From Candidatus Omnitrophota bacterium (GTDB taxonomy: Bacteria; Omnitrophota; Gorgyraeia; Zapsychrales; JBDRMG01), in the NCBI GenBank assembly GCA_043812495.1, contig JBDRMG010000064.1:2799-66798 (forward strand): a stretch of 64,000 nt of DNA. The letters run 5' to 3'. The notes under the pieces were generated by a model that was given only the letters and a program-made list of their open reading frames with translations, made no database searches and was not told the origin of the DNA. Within the stretch, counting starts at the first letter, position 1, and the number at the start of each line of letters is the position of its first letter. Of this stretch, positions 55,856 through 64,000 are shown piece by piece. A program made the translations under genes and the position numbers.

Positions 55856-57782
55856 TTAGCTCTTCTCATTCTCCGCCTTAAAATCCGCGTCAATGACGTC
55901 GTCTTTTCCTTTGTCTTTTGGCTGTTCTTGCGAAGAGGTCCCGCTTGGGCCCTCCTGGTCGCCTGTTTGCTGTTGAGATTGCTGACCGGCCTGTTGCTGC
56001 TGTGCGGAGGCCTTATAAATTTCTTCCGCCAATTTATGACTAGCCTTGGTCAAAGATTCCGACGTTGATTTTATCTTTTGGACGTCTTTGGATTTAATCG
56101 CCTCTTTCAAAGCGTTTAATTCCACTTCAATCGCTCCCCTGTCCTGGTTGGAAACCTTGTCGCCGTATTCTTTCAAGGATTTTTCCGTTGCATAGGCAAG
56201 GGCATTGGCCTGATTGACGACCTCAACCTCTTCTTTTTTCTTTTTGTCTTCTTCGGCGTATTGTTCGGCCTGCTTGACCATCTTCTGAATTTCTTCTTCG
56301 GACAGCTTTTTGGGCGCGGTAATTTTAATCGACTGCTCTTTACCTGTTCCCTTATCCTTGGCGGACACATGAACGATACCATCCGCGTCGATATCAAAGC
56401 CGACTTCGATTTGCGGAATCCCGCGCTGAGCAGGAGGCAGTCCCACTAAATCAAAACGACCGAGCTCGATGTTGTCATTGGCCATTTGTCTCTCGCCCTG
56501 AAGAACGCGAATCGTAACCGCCGGTTGATTATCCTCGGCGGTTGAAAAGATCTGGCTCTTTTTGGTGGGAATCGTCGTATTTCGTTCAATCAATTTCGTA
56601 AAGACTCCCCCAAGCGTTTCGATTCCTAAAGAAAGCGGCGTAACATCCAAAAGCAAGACTTCCTTAGCGTCTCCTTTGATGATCGACGCCTGAATCGCCG
56701 CGCCTAAAGCCACGCATTCCATAGGATCGATGCCGCGCTCAATTTTCTGGCCGATTTCCTTTTCCACAAAGGCCTGAACAATGGGCATGCGCGTCGGACC
56801 GCCGACAAGGATAATCCGATCAATCTTGATATCGCTACCGAGCTTGGCTGAGGCATCTTTGATGGCTTGCTTAATGGGACCGCGGCAGCGGTCGACGATC
56901 GATGCGATTAAACTTTCCAGCTTGGCTCGATCAATGTTCATGGTCAAATGCTTTGGACCGGAGGCATCAGCTGTGATAAAAGGCAGATTGATGTCCGTCG
57001 ATACGGTACTTGAAAGTTCAATCTTTGCTTTCTCGGCTCCTTCTCTTAATCGTTGAAAGGCCATTTTATCTTTGGAAAGATCGATGCCGTTTTCTTTCTT
57101 AAATTCATTCACAATGTGATCGATGAGCACATTATCCATGTCGGTGCCGCCTAGCTGCGTATCGCCGTTGGTGGATAAAACTTCGAATGTCGCGGCCTTA
57201 TGCGAGTCATCCCATCCCATTTCAAGGACGGTCACATCAAGGGTTCCGCCGCCAAAGTCAAAAACCATGATCTTTTGCTCTTTACCGGCTTTGTCCAAGC
57301 CATAGGCCAGGCAGGCTGCTGTGGGTTCATTGATAATGCGCAAAACCTTTAAGCCCGCGATCTCCCCTGCATCTTTCGTGGCCTGCCGTTGATTGTCATT
57401 GTAATACGCGGGGACCGTGACAACGGCTTCTTCGACTTTGTCGCCTAAGAATTTCTCGGCATCCGCTTTGATCTTTTGTAAAATAAACGCGCTGATTTGC
57501 TGCGGCGTAAATTCCTTGCCGCCGGCCTTGAATTTAAAATCGGTCCCCATTTTGCGTTTGGCGGCATAAATCGTATTTTTCCGAATTGATCGCCGCCTGG
57601 CGCCTGGCGGGTTCACCGACAAGACGCTGACCGTCTTTGGTAAAGGCCACAAAGGACGGAAATGCTTTACCGCTTGCGACACCCGCGCCTTCGGCGGATG
57701 GGATAATCGTCGGGCGACCGCCTTCCATGATAGCGGCCGCTGAATTGGAAGTTCCTAAATCAATACCGATGACTCGTGCCAT
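55856..57782 (-). CDS. dnaK: Chaperone DnaK, reading frame broken by a 1-nt indel in an A5 run (plus-strand TTTTT at 57576-57580)
   Basis: The N-terminus [22 protein letters not shown] ... AINSE is in ORF 57534..57782. The rest ([11 protein letters not shown] ... through the C-terminal EEVD-like end) is in ORF 55856..57682. Removing one A restores AINSENTIY, the canonical DnaK sequence. Confidence 0.9.
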
Positions 57783-57802
57783 AATTTTACCCTCCCTTGC
57801 AA

Positions 57803-57847
57803 CCGCAGATATCGCAGATCTTAGATAGATCCGCAGATATCGCAGAT
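57803..57847. repeat. Direct CGCAGAT heptamer repeats immediately upstream of dnaK
   Basis: ccgcagatatcgcagat cttagatagat ccgcagatatcgcagat. Confidence 0.65.
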
Positions 57848-57850
57848 GTT

Positions 57851-58237
57851 CTAGTAATTATTTACCATTCTCTTTATTTTTAATCTATTCTCTGCAAAAT
57901 TTAAAATTAAGCCAACTTTCTTACCCGTTGTTTTCAGATATGATAGCATCTGAGCGTAATGAATATTGCCTAACTCTGAAACACTCTTTAGCTCAATTAT
58001 TACTTCATCTTCAACTAAAAAATCTACTCGCTGGTAACCTAATTCTACTGTTTTATAATTAACCTTGATTTCTGCTTGTTCCTCAAATCTAATCTTATTT
58101 TTCTGAAATTCATAGGCCATTGCTTTCTCATAAATTTTTTCAACAAAACCTGGGCCTAAATTATTGTGTATCTCAATGCCTATTCCAATTATTTTCTCGG
58201 TTAATTTATCAAGTTCATTTCTGTTCATCTGCGTCAT
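57851..58237 (-). CDS. GxxExxY-family protein
   Basis: 128 aa. [14 protein letters not shown] and [27 protein letters not shown] are the GxxExxY/PD-(D/E)xK-like signature. Inserted between grpE and dnaK; its 5' end overlaps grpE by 14-23 nt. Confidence 0.7.
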   Translation of the reverse strand: MTQMNRNELDKLTEKIIGIGIEIHNNLGPGFVEKIYEKAMAYEFQKNKIRFEEQAEIKVNYKTVELGYQRVDFLVEDEVIIELKSVSELGNIHYAQMLSYLKTTGKKVGLILNFAENRLKIKRMVNNY

Positions 58238-58964
58238 CGGCGTTTACTTTATCTGCGTCATCGGCGTTTACTTTATCTGCGTCATCGGCGTTTACTTTAT
58301 CTGCGTCATCTGCGGTTGCATTATCTGCGTCATCGGCGTTTACTTTATCTGCGTCATCTGCGGTTGCATTATCTGCGTCATCTGCGGTTGCATTATCTGC
58401 GTCATCGGCGTTTACTTTATCTGCGTCATCTGCGGTTGCAAGCTTTGTGGTTGCCACTTTCACTTTACTCGTGCGCACCACGCGATCACCCAACAGATAC
58501 CCCTTCTGAAATTCTTCCACAATCGTACCCTCGGGGTGCTGGTCTGTCCCCTCTTGCATCAAGGCTTCGTGCAAATGCGGATCAAATGGTTTGCCTTTGG
58601 CCTCGATGGGCTTCACATTATTTTTCTTAAGCATGTCATAGACATGCGCCATGACCATTTCGATTCCTTTGAGGAAAGCCGTATAGTCCTGATGATTGGC
58701 CTTGGCCGCCTCGACGGATCTTTCTAAATCGTCAAGGATGTTCAAAAATTCAGTGACGAGTCCTTCATTGGCGTATTTGATGAATTCGAACTTTTCGCGC
58801 TCCATGCGCTTGCGCGCGTTTTCGAATTCGGCGTAAAGACGGATAAATTTGTCTTTATACTCACCGGCCTCTTGTTTAAGCTCTTCGAGTTCCGATTCCT
58901 TGACGGAAACCATCTTCTCTTTTTGCGGCTTGGTTTCTTTATCGTGTTGATTCTCTTTTGTCAT
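58215..58964 (-). CDS. grpE: Nucleotide exchange factor GrpE with C-terminal ADDAD(K/N)(V/A)(N/T) octapeptide repeats
   Basis: Conserved GrpE core (FENARKRMEREKFEFIKYANEGL ... GKPFDPHLHEAL ... GYLLGDRVVRTSKVKV), followed by about 70 aa of repeats. Confidence 0.85.
   Translation of the reverse strand: MTKENQHDKETKPQKEKMVSVKESELEELKQEAGEYKDKFIRLYAEFENARKRMEREKFEFIKYANEGLVTEFLNILDDLERSVEAAKANHQDYTAFLKGIEMVMAHVYDMLKKNNVKPIEAKGKPFDPHLHEALMQEGTDQHPEGTIVEEFQKGYLLGDRVVRTSKVKVATTKLATADDADKVNADDADNATADDADNATADDADKVNADDADNATADDADKVNADDADKVNADDADKVNADDADEQK
58226..58445. repeat. Tandem 24-nt repeat, about 9 units (CTGCGTCATCGGCGTTTACTTTAT / CTGCGTCATCTGCGGTTGCATTAT), encoding the GrpE tail
   Basis: Read directly; two unit variants alternate. 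Confidence 0.85.
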
Positions 58965-58979
58965 TTGGATATTTCCCGA

Positions 58980-59717
58980 TTAAAACTGACTCATCAGTTC
59001 CGACAAATATTCAAGGGCCGACACAACCCGCTCATAATCCATGCGCGTCGGCCCGAGAAGCGCAATACGTCCTGTTTCTCCTGATTTTCGTTGATATTTG
59101 GATACCGCCAGAGAACAGCTTCCCATGTCCTCGCACGCAATTTCGTTTCCGATAAAAAATTCAATTCGCTTCTCGAGATTCCGGTTAATGATATCCAAGA
59201 GGTGTTCTTTTTGTTCAATTAAGCGAAGAATTCCTTGAATTTTCTGAAAATCGTGAAATTCCGGAAAGCCAGCAACAAAATTCATACCGCTGCAATAGAG
59301 ATGCTCGGAATCCCCATCTAAAGAAACAAGACTTGTATATTGCGTCAACTCAGAAATGGCCTGAGATGTAATTTCAAGCAATCGTTCTAATTCTTTCACA
59401 TGAGCCAGATATTCCTGTTCGATGCGCTTTTTCTCCTTTCCAAGAAGCTGGATCTCATTCATGAGGTGATCAACAAAATAACGATAACCTTTTTGTGTCG
59501 GAATCCGGCCAGCCGATGTGTGGGGATGCGTTAAGTAGCCATCTTCTTCGAGTTCAGCTAAGATATTGCGGATTGTGGCCGGACTTAAGTCATAAAAATG
59601 CCGTTTCACAATAAAACCCGAGCTGACCGGTGTGACGTTTTTTGCATATTCATCCACAACGATCGAAAGAATCTTGTCTTTTCTGGCTTGATAATCAGTT
59701 TTTCTTGGCGTCATCAT
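58980..59717 (-). CDS. hrcA: Heat-inducible transcription repressor HrcA (short form)
   Basis: N-terminal winged helix ILSIVVDEYAKNVTPVSSGFIVKRHFYDLSPATIRNILAELEEDGYLTHPHTSAGRIPTQKGYRYFVD. Confidence 0.8.
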   Translation of the reverse strand: MMTPRKTDYQARKDKILSIVVDEYAKNVTPVSSGFIVKRHFYDLSPATIRNILAELEEDGYLTHPHTSAGRIPTQKGYRYFVDHLMNEIQLLGKEKKRIEQEYLAHVKELERLLEITSQAISELTQYTSLVSLDGDSEHLYCSGMNFVAGFPEFHDFQKIQGILRLIEQKEHLLDIINRNLEKRIEFFIGNEIACEDMGSCSLAVSKYQRKSGETGRIALLGPTRMDYERVVSALEYLSELMSQF

Positions 59718-59765
59718 CTTAATTTTAATTATTAATATTAATACCTATCAAATGCTTTCTAAAAA

Positions 59766-59792
59766 TTAGCACTCTAGCAACAAGAATGCTAA
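59766..59792. promoter_or_regulatory. CIRCE operator (TTAGCACTC-N9-GAATGCTAA) upstream of hrcA
   Basis: One mismatch to the consensus TTAGCACTC-N9-GAGTGCTAA. It lies 49 nt upstream of the hrcA ATG. Confidence 0.75.
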
Positions 59793-59907
59793 GGGGGTAT
59801 TTTAGCAAATAATGATTTGATGTCAACAAATTTTGGATAAGGCACCTCATCGATCATTCCCCCCGCCCGCCATTGAACCAATGGCGGGCGGGGCGCATCT
59901 TTACTTC

Positions 59908-60357
59908 CTAATTAATGTCTATCTTGATTTGCTTTGGTTTTTCCTTCTCGATCTTAGGCAGAACGATCTCAAGAACCCCATTTTTGTACGACGCCTTGAC
60001 TTTGTCTTTGTCTATTCCAACGCCGAGCTGTAAACTTCGTTCAAAAACACCGTAGGATCGCTCCACGCGATGATAGCTCCTTTCCTTCTTTTCCGTTTCG
60101 ATTTTTCGCTCTCCTCTGACAGTAAGGATGTCGTCATCTATATTGAGCTCAATTTCATTCTCCTTTAAGCCAGGCAAATCAGCCTTCACGATGACATTGT
60201 CTTTATCCTCATCGACATCAACAGCAGGAAAACCGCGAAAGGGGCTCAGGTTTTTGTCTAAACCGGGAAACAGAGTTAGTTCAAAAGCACGATTTTCCAA
60301 GTCCGACAGTTCGCGAAACGGATCGTAGTTCTTTTGATTCCATTTGATTAATGCCAT
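59908..60357 (-). CDS. Small heat-shock protein (Hsp20/alpha-crystallin)
   Basis: FPAVDVDEDKDNVIVKADLPGLKENEIELNIDDDILTVRGER alpha-crystallin domain. 149 aa. Confidence 0.9.
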   Translation of the reverse strand: MALIKWNQKNYDPFRELSDLENRAFELTLFPGLDKNLSPFRGFPAVDVDEDKDNVIVKADLPGLKENEIELNIDDDILTVRGERKIETEKKERSYHRVERSYGVFERSLQLGVGIDKDKVKASYKNGVLEIVLPKIEKEKPKQIKIDIN

Positions 60358-60401
60358 AACGCACCTCCTTGTTTATTGATTTATCTTTTACTTTTCTTAA
60401 C

Positions 60402-60428
60402 CTGGCACTCACGCTTAAAGAGTGCTAA
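60402..60428. promoter_or_regulatory. CIRCE-like operator (CTGGCACTC-N9-GAGTGCTAA) upstream of hsp20
   Basis: The right half-site is perfect, the left has two mismatches, and the 9-nt spacer is exact. Confidence 0.65.
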
Positions 60429-60446
60429 TTTAAATTTAAAAAATTT

Positions 60447-60743
60447 TTATTGTTCTTCTTCCTCGCTCTCACCTCCTTCTATTTCCAATATAAATTTAAT
60501 CCCACTAATATTCACATGTTTCTTTTCCATTAAATAGCAAACGTAATTTAGTTTCTTAATTTGCACTTTTGAATAACACCGTGTTTTCTTGCCTAAACGC
60601 TTGGGGCAAACAATACCCATCTCGTCGAGCTTCCGGAGCGTCCAAATAGGAATCCCGACCATTTCACTCACAATGCTTATGATAAAAAGAGGATCTTCCG
60701 GTTCAATTTCGATGTCAAAATCATCGAATTCTTTACGGTCCAT
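60447..60743 (-). CDS. MerR-family transcriptional regulator (HspR-like)
   Basis: 98 aa. PLFIISIVSEMVGIPIWTLRKLDEMGIVCPKRLGKKTRCYSKVQIKKLNYVCYL matches the MerR HTH plus wing. C-terminal acidic tail. Positioned directly upstream of hsp20. Confidence 0.65.
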   Translation of the reverse strand: MDRKEFDDFDIEIEPEDPLFIISIVSEMVGIPIWTLRKLDEMGIVCPKRLGKKTRCYSKVQIKKLNYVCYLMEKKHVNISGIKFILEIEGGESEEEEQ

Positions 60744-60815
60744 CTCAATCCCTCCTTTTTATCCAATTGGAATATAGCATAACCTCATTTATCTGTCAAG
60801 TTATTCTTATCTTTT

Positions 60816-60834
60816 TAGTTAGGTAATCTAACTA
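60816..60834. promoter_or_regulatory. Candidate operator palindrome TAGTTAGGTAATCTAACTA upstream of the MerR-like gene
   Basis: 8-bp perfect inverted repeat about 70 nt upstream of the regulator start. Confidence 0.3.
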
Positions 60835-60904
60835 TCCAATCAGAAAAATAAGGCGCTCTTTCTCTTGGCCCAGCTTACTGATTATTCTTCAAGAATGGAT
60901 GCCT

Positions 60905-61003
60905 TTATCGATCTCGACTTACTTCCTCATGCCTTTCAGCTAAAAAGGACGTCGCGCCTAAGCCTACCAAGGCGGAAACTAAACCAACGATGATGTGAAT
61001 CAT
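60905..61003 (-). CDS. Possible small single-TM protein (32 aa)
   Basis: MIHIIVGLVSALVGLGATSFLAERHEEVSRDR. GAGGA sits 12 nt upstream of the ATG. In an otherwise empty 400-nt gap. Confidence 0.25.
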   Translation of the reverse strand: MIHIIVGLVSALVGLGATSFLAERHEEVSRDR

Positions 61004-61088
61004 GCTGAAAGTATATCCTCTCTTTTAAAAAAAACAAGGGGTTAAAGTGCCCATTTAAAAAGCGTTTTCTTATCCCTAAGATACTTTT

Positions 61089-61123
61089 GGGCGGGCCGCC
61101 AATGAATCATTGGCGGCCCGCCC
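61089..61123. other. Perfect 16-bp GC-rich palindrome GGGCGGGCCGCCAATGA-ATC-TCATTGGCGGCCCGCCC downstream of the glycoside hydrolase gene
   Basis: Read directly. No adjacent U-run on either strand, so not a canonical intrinsic terminator. Confidence 0.6.
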
Positions 61124-61155
61124 ATTCCCTCGTCGTTTTGAGGATACTTCCTTTA

Positions 61156-63069
61156 CTACTTCATCATTAAATCAGCTGATTTATTAACCGGCCCAACGGC
61201 CTTAGGAAATTCTCGCCTCAATTCAGGATAAGCGCTAAGAAATTCCTCAAGATTGTCATAATCACCCTTGGGATTTAAATCGTCCCCTGACCTATTTAAT
61301 TTTGTATTCTTTTCGCACACCATCGGCGCCGGTCCACCGGTAAAGATATAAGCAATGAGATAAACAACGTCATCTAAATCAATACTACCACTACACTCGA
61401 CATCACCTATTTTATAAGGTAGTGGCTGGGGTCCTCCGACAAAGATATAGGCAATAAGATAAACAACATCATCTAAATCAATGTTTTCCATTCTATTAGC
61501 ATCACCCAATATATAGGAAAATTTGTCTTTTAACACATTATAACCCTGTCTAGTTGTTGATGTGTCTGTTGATACAAGCCCCCACCATTCTTCATTCATA
61601 TTGGGATCCAGATAGCCTGGGTTATACCAATCTACCACGGTATCATGACTCGATGGAGTCCCGTGACTACTTTTGTACCATCCGTCCTTCCAGGAAAAAG
61701 CTATTCCTCCGATACCTACTTTTGAATTACCTAAATTAGCGATATTACTCCAAATCTCGGGCCACAGCGATTCCAAATATTCAGCCTGAATGGTTTGATC
61801 TTCATGACCGAACCGGCCATCATAGGCATCACAGCCGAATTCGCTGATTAATAATGGTTTATTTGTCAAAGCCGCGAAATCATCAAATACACTTCCGAAT
61901 GACTCGCCTCGATAAAACTGCATAGACCATACATCTAAATAAGATAATGAGGCATCGTCAGCATTTTTTAAAGGGTCCCCGATATCCCAATCTGCCTGAT
62001 CCGCATTTGCGGTTGTCACAGGATGATAATTGGCGCCTTCCTCTAAATGCGCTGCCTGAGCGCACTCATTCACAAGGCTATACCAATCGCTTGGATTAAC
62101 GCCCGCTCCTTCAAGCTCCCGATTGACTTCATTGCCCAAGCTCCACATTAAAATGGCAGGATGATTTTTCCAGTGCCTAACCATTTCCCGAAAGCGTGCC
62201 TTAATGTTTTCGCGGACAACTGGATTTCCAAAATCAACTGCCTGTCCGCTATATTTTGCCACAACCGGAAATCCCATAACGACATATATATCATTTTGGT
62301 ATAAACTATCTAATGCGGCTTTTTGGGATGGACGTATAGAATAAGTACGAATCGTATTAACACCCATTTCTTTCATTAAAGAGATATCGTTAATGTAATC
62401 ATCCTGAGACAATGACCAGTCATAACTTGAACCGTACTCTCCTATCGGAGTAAATTCAGCATTAACGCCCTGGATGGCAAAAACCTTTCCGTCAACAAAA
62501 AGTTTCCTTCCGTTAACGGAAACTGCGGTTGGGTTTCCGTTAATAGGAACTTCCCAGCGGACATGATCAACAAAAAAGACTTGGCTGCTTTCTACTGTTA
62601 TCTTGAAAGGACAATAGGTATGGCTTAAATCTGCGCTGAAATCACTAAGCGGTATAACGATCTCTTGCCATTGGTTTACAAGATCCCATCCGTAATCGGA
62701 TATGTACTTTGTGCGATTAACACCCTGAGGAGCCTCGATTTCCACTTTAAGATCAACAGGCGTTTTAACAAAAAACTTTAAATGACCCCCGTTGTAACGA
62801 GACAAATCTAAAGTATAATTTTGGTCATCATTGAAGAATATTCCCCAACCAGCCCAATTATTGCTGACAGTCGCAAAATACGAAACTCCTTCCGGTGTTT
62901 CCTGGCTAAATCTTTGCTCAGAAAATCCTCCTCCGCCGTCCCAAGTCCACAGTTTCCATACATTGGGTGTACCGCCATCGCGGTAAACATATAAAATATC
63001 TGCCCAAGATAAACTTGCGACGTTTAGTCCGATAAATAGAAAAACCAGTATAATTAATATTTTTCTCAC
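61156..63069 (-). CDS. Secreted glycoside hydrolase (TIM-barrel, GH2/GH5-like) with two C-terminal dockerin-type repeats
   Basis: Signal peptide. ILMWSLGNEVNRE is the acid/base motif region of clan GH-A. C-terminal IDLDDVVYLIAYIFVGGPQP and IDLDDVVYLIAYIFTGGPAP repeats. Confidence 0.65.
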   Translation of the reverse strand: MRKILIILVFLFIGLNVASLSWADILYVYRDGGTPNVWKLWTWDGGGGFSEQRFSQETPEGVSYFATVSNNWAGWGIFFNDDQNYTLDLSRYNGGHLKFFVKTPVDLKVEIEAPQGVNRTKYISDYGWDLVNQWQEIVIPLSDFSADLSHTYCPFKITVESSQVFFVDHVRWEVPINGNPTAVSVNGRKLFVDGKVFAIQGVNAEFTPIGEYGSSYDWSLSQDDYINDISLMKEMGVNTIRTYSIRPSQKAALDSLYQNDIYVVMGFPVVAKYSGQAVDFGNPVVRENIKARFREMVRHWKNHPAILMWSLGNEVNRELEGAGVNPSDWYSLVNECAQAAHLEEGANYHPVTTANADQADWDIGDPLKNADDASLSYLDVWSMQFYRGESFGSVFDDFAALTNKPLLISEFGCDAYDGRFGHEDQTIQAEYLESLWPEIWSNIANLGNSKVGIGGIAFSWKDGWYKSSHGTPSSHDTVVDWYNPGYLDPNMNEEWWGLVSTDTSTTRQGYNVLKDKFSYILGDANRMENIDLDDVVYLIAYIFVGGPQPLPYKIGDVECSGSIDLDDVVYLIAYIFTGGPAPMVCEKNTKLNRSGDDLNPKGDYDNLEEFLSAYPELRREFPKAVGPVNKSADLMMK

Positions 63070-63241
63070 CCTTGGCCTCCTCTTATTCCCTTTTATATAA
63101 TATGTATATACGTACTAAATACTTTTTAAAAGTATAACATACCTTTGGATTGCTGACATAACTTTATTGAACACACACGGGCCTCCGGCCCATCAAAAAA
63201 GATATAATTTTATCGTAGCTGGCCCCGTATTTTTTACTGTT

Positions 63242-64000
63242 TTATCTCATTATCTTGCTTGATTGCATGCCTATGGTCTTTGGCTGATAGACGTAGTCCC
63301 GTACCATCGGATATTCATTTAAGAATTCGTCTAAAGTCATCCCACCTGTCGGATCTCCTGATTTATTCATCGCTGAACCGCTATCACCGCACACTGGTCC
63401 CTGTCCGGAGGAAAAGATATAATTGACCAAATACATGACATCATCGATATCGACAGATCCGTTGCCATCAACATCGCCCACCTCTAGCGGAACAGGAGCA
63501 GGCCCACCAGTAAATATATAATCAATTAAATAAACAGCGTCATCAATATCGACAAAACCATCTCCATTAGCGTCACCGCAGATATTCGTAATGTTAATAA
63601 CGTCGCTAATATCATTAGCTCCGAATCTATCTCTTGCTTCACAGACAAGAGAATATTGGGTCAACGGTATGTGAATGTAGTTATCCGAAGAAAAATCCGT
63701 GTCCCAGATCGCATCATTATTGAAATCGCATCTATATTCCAGCAAGCCATCCCATGTTGTGTCACTATCTAAATCACTCACGTCCATAGATATGATTAAG
63801 CCGGAACTTTTCTCGAGGATGTACATATTGTAATCCACAAGATACGCATAGCCATCTTGGACGGATACATCACGGGAGAAACCTGGGGCCCAATAGGAAT
63901 CGACAAAATTGGGCGCAGAAGGATTACTGATGTCAAGAATTTGGAGGCCTCCCATATAGTCCGCTATATAGGCGTACTGCCCCGAAACTTTGACCCCATA
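63242..64000 (-). CDS. LVIVD-repeat beta-propeller protein with two dockerin-type repeats; 5' end lies beyond the window
   Basis: GQYAYIADYMGGLQILDISNPSAP is an LVIVD repeat. GDANGDGFVDIDDAVYLIDYIFTGGPAP and GDVDGNGSVDIDDVMYLVNYIFSSGQGP are dockerin-like. The ORF remains open to position 64000. Confidence 0.65.
   Translation of the reverse strand, partial: YGVKVSGQYAYIADYMGGLQILDISNPSAPNFVDSYWAPGFSRDVSVQDGYAYLVDYNMYILEKSSGLIISMDVSDLDSDTTWDGLLEYRCDFNNDAIWDTDFSSDNYIHIPLTQYSLVCEARDRFGANDISDVINITNICGDANGDGFVDIDDAVYLIDYIFTGGPAPVPLEVGDVDGNGSVDIDDVMYLVNYIFSSGQGPVCGDSGSAMNKSGDPTGGMTLDEFLNEYPMVRDYVYQPKTIGMQSSKIMR

Noticed and set aside
57534-57782. 82-aa ORF called as an independent gene
   Set aside because: It is the true N-terminus of DnaK, separated from the rest by a single-base frameshift.
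55762-57847. CRISPR array interpretation of the CGCAGAT repeats
   Set aside because: Units are only 7-10 nt with 2-4 nt spacers, half are inverted, and there are no cas genes. This is not a CRISPR architecture.
58164-58727. Plus-strand 187-aa and 129-aa ORFs rich in [11 protein letters not shown] or [12 protein letters not shown] repeats
   Set aside because: They are alternative-frame translations of the grpE tandem repeat on the wrong strand.
61089-61123. Calling the GC palindrome an intrinsic terminator
   Set aside because: No U-run follows the stem on either strand, so it is recorded only as a palindrome.
1-64000. rRNA, tRNA, CRISPR, integrase/transposase or phage structural genes
   Set aside because: I looked for them in all gaps over 100 nt and among the ORFs and recognised none. 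tRNAs cannot be excluded by eye, and a tRNAscan/Infernal run would settle it.

Overview
This 64 kb window is almost entirely coding, and nearly every gene is on the minus strand. It reads like a contig from an uncultivated, diderm (LptD-bearing), AT-leaning bacterium; several proteins look only distantly related to textbook families.

Features by region:
- (i) 1-20.5 kb: a large LPS/polysaccharide gene cluster. It holds GT2, GT4 and GT9 glycosyltransferases, two DegT-type aminotransferases, and a NodU/CmcH carbamoyltransferase with its usual SxtJ and DUF5989 small membrane partners. It also holds an ArnC/ArnT-like GT2 plus GT-C pair, a GHMP (HddA-like) kinase and an HddC-like nucleotidyltransferase. 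Finally it has two cobalamin-binding radical SAM enzymes, a split transketolase, an SDR epimerase and a GDP-fucose-synthase-like reductase.
- (ii) 20.6-36 kb: an accessory-looking stretch. It contains membrane proteins of unknown function, a cold-shock protein and an HExxH secreted protein. It also contains a tight operon built around a radical SAM/SPASM enzyme with an N-terminal RRE-like extension, next to a DUF2207-like protein that ends in an (ACHS)n Cys/His repeat tail. Further along are a U32 peptidase, a YihY membrane protein, PurU, and a repeat-dense non-coding island.
- (iii) 37-47.5 kb: a second sugar-nucleotide block (UDP-xylose synthase, two UDP-sugar dehydrogenases, rmlA/B/C-like/D), followed by lptD and a ROK glucokinase.
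- (iv) 47.6-60.8 kb: two GGDEF cyclases, and a GIY-YIG ORF bracketed by 30-bp inverted repeats. Then an orphan MalK-like ATPase, accD, DUF1015, VanZ and FmdB, and a heat-shock locus (dnaJ, frameshifted dnaK, a GxxExxY gene, grpE with a tandem-repeat tail, hrcA with CIRCE, hsp20 with CIRCE, and a MerR/HspR-like regulator).
- (v) 61-64 kb: a secreted glycoside hydrolase and an LVIVD-repeat protein, both carrying dockerin-type repeats.

Several dispersed intergenic repeat families are visible by eye. These are a MITE-like family with conserved ends TTATTCTCCTTCGCC ... CTACGAAGC, a hairpin family GGTCTTTTTCC ... GGAAAAGACC, and palindromic arrays built from CGCAGAT or CACAGAT heptamers. I recognised no rRNA, tRNA or CRISPR array. 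Protein-family assignments come from motif recognition by eye and should be confirmed with HMM searches.
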